A DNA stretch of 63,667 nt, filler included, from Octopus bimaculoides (taxonomy: Eukaryota): NCBI RefSeq assembly GCF_001194135.2. It is 6 parts of 6 records of this genome, joined end to end, with 100 filler letters (N's around TTAATTAATTAA, not from the genome) between each part and the next. Parts side by side here need not be neighbours in the genome. Positions count along the whole stretch, not along the records: positions 57,758 to 62,096 come from NC_068991.1; positions 62,197 to 63,667 come from NC_068995.1; 4 more parts are not named here. The stretch is one strand, 5' to 3'. Of this stretch, positions 61,966 through 63,667 are shown piece after piece. The translations under genes and the position numbers were made by a program. A model generated the notes under the pieces. It was not told the origin of the DNA and did not search any database. It saw only the letters and a program-made list of their open reading frames with translations. Within the stretch, counting starts at the first letter, position 1. Each line of letters opens with the position of its first letter.

Positions 61966-63439
61966 ATATGTATGTATGTATATATTTATGTATGTATGTA
62001 TGTATGTATGTATGTATGTATGTATGTATGTATGTATGTATGTGTGTGTGTGCATATATATATATATAAATATACATATATATATATATATACATANNNN
62101 NNNNNNNNNNNNNNNNNNNNNNNNNNNNNNNNNNNNNNNNTTAATTAATTAANNNNNNNNNNNNNNNNNNNNNNNNNNNNNNNNNNNNNNNNNNNNCTCT
62201 CTCTCTCTCCCTCTCTCTCTCTCTATCTCTCTCTCTCTCTCTCTCACACACACACCCACACCCACTCTAGGTAAAACTTCTGTATGAATTGCTATTTCTT
62301 GCAATGTGCACGCGCAAAATTACAGCTCAAATTCAAGTGAAAGCACGTTTTTCTATTCTGTAATTCGTGTTTGTGAAAGAGTGTATTTAAAACCTCATCT
62401 TCGATATAAATTTAAGAGAAAGTTCTCCCAGAAATTCTGTCATCTGCCTGTCGTTTCTAACATGTCTGAGGTGGCATTTGCAGCCCCCACCATCTGATTT
62501 TGTTTCTAAATTTCTTTATGATTCCTATGCTTTCGAAACAGGAGATTAGGATTTTGCTCAAGAAACACGTTCTCAATATTTTAATTTTTCTCCCTCTCCA
62601 TCTCAATTTCTTCATTTCTTTACTTTTTTCAAATTTTGTCTTTGCTAATCCACAGAGAAACAGACAGAGAGTTCAAATCCTTAAGAAGTTTCTTCTTTCA
62701 TTTCTTCTCAAAGCAACACTAAATCTTCCTTCCCAAACATCCACCCATCACCTTATCACGTTCAAATAGCCACAAACTCCCAATCTTGCACTTGTAGAGT
62801 TTTGGAAAACGGAGAAGTTTCTTCAGAAATAATGTCGTTTACCTGTTGCTTCTAGCACGTCGGATTTTCTGGTGGTGCTATATCAGTACAATTCTACGTA
62901 TGCGTGAAACATCAGACGAAAGTGAAACATAGGATGCTTTTAGCTTTTTGGAAGCGTGTAGGTGATGGGTGGGTAAGGTGGGGGAAGTGGCATTGAGTGT
63001 TTCTTTAAGAAAAATTAAACTTTTAAAAAATGATTCCAAGATTCGTAATCTCTGTGTTTTTCTACATGTATGAAAAAAACAAATTTTAAGTTACAAATTA
63101 AGAAATTGTGATGGGTCGGGGAAAAACTAAAATTGCTAAAACGTGATTTCTGGGCAAAATCGTGTTAACCCTTTTGTATACGATAAAGCAATACATAGTT
63201 TGTGATCCTTCTTAAGAAAGAAAGTACTTTCATGCAAATGCATGCAAATTGTACCCTCCACAAATTGTACCACTTTTAAACAAACAATAACTTCCAGTAC
63301 GCCTGTAATCCAGTTCACTATATATCAGCTGTGCTGATACTATCCATCAGAAAGGAACAAATAATACAATATGGCATAACACCAGGGCAACGGTGAGATG
63401 CATTGCTAGTGTGTGTATGTATGTATGTATGCATGTATA

Positions 63440-63603
63440 TTCTTTTATTCTTTTACATGTTTCAGTCATTTGAGTACGGCCATGCTGGAGCACCGCCTTT
63501 AGTCGAGCAAATCGACCCCAGGCCTTATTCATTGTAACCCGAGTACTTATTCGATCGGTCTCTTGTGCGGAACCTCTAAGTTACGGGGACGTAAACACAC
63601 CAG
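63440..63603 (-). mobile_element. SINE family A 3' half
   Basis: Body and tail match. Confidence 0.85.
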
Positions 63604-63667
63604 GAGAACAAACACGCACACACAAAAGCACACACACTCACATGTATATATATATATATATATATAT

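Noticed and set aside
62837-62945. Minus-strand CAG|GTAAA donor; similar donor at 57408
   Set aside because: Upstream sequence has stops in all frames and no convincing acceptor; UTR exons cannot be supported from sequence alone.

Overview
Eukaryotic, AT-rich, repeat-saturated genomic scaffold with many N gaps and TTAATTAATTAA scaffold spacers. The SINE families and microsatellite density are consistent with an octopod cephalopod (inference from pattern recognition, not a database search). There is no prokaryotic content and no intact long gene. Most of the supplied ORFs are microsatellite or N-gap artefacts. The window reads as large-intron DNA of a minus-strand host gene. One strong 67-bp exon candidate (10186-10252, LCLEPSGSLHVNVELLNGSFSD, resembling the end of a novel-PKC/PKN C2 domain) and one weaker 133-bp candidate (24984-25116) were found. 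The rest is transposon debris: tRNA-derived SINEs of several families, mariner and piggyBac-type MITE remnants, RTE-, R4/Dong-, CR1- and Penelope-like fragments, a near full-length decayed RTE LINE (32.0-36.1 kb) and several nested LTR insertions. The most interesting structures are: (i) two inverted copies of a non-coding element with a hammerhead-ribozyme core whose stem II is expanded to a ~97-nt hairpin; (ii) a fold-back element with outward-pointing TTAGGG arrays and a 10-bp flanking duplication; (iii) a ~710-bp near-perfect palindrome; (iv) a non-coding LTR element whose primer-binding region is complementary over ~48 nt to its own U5.
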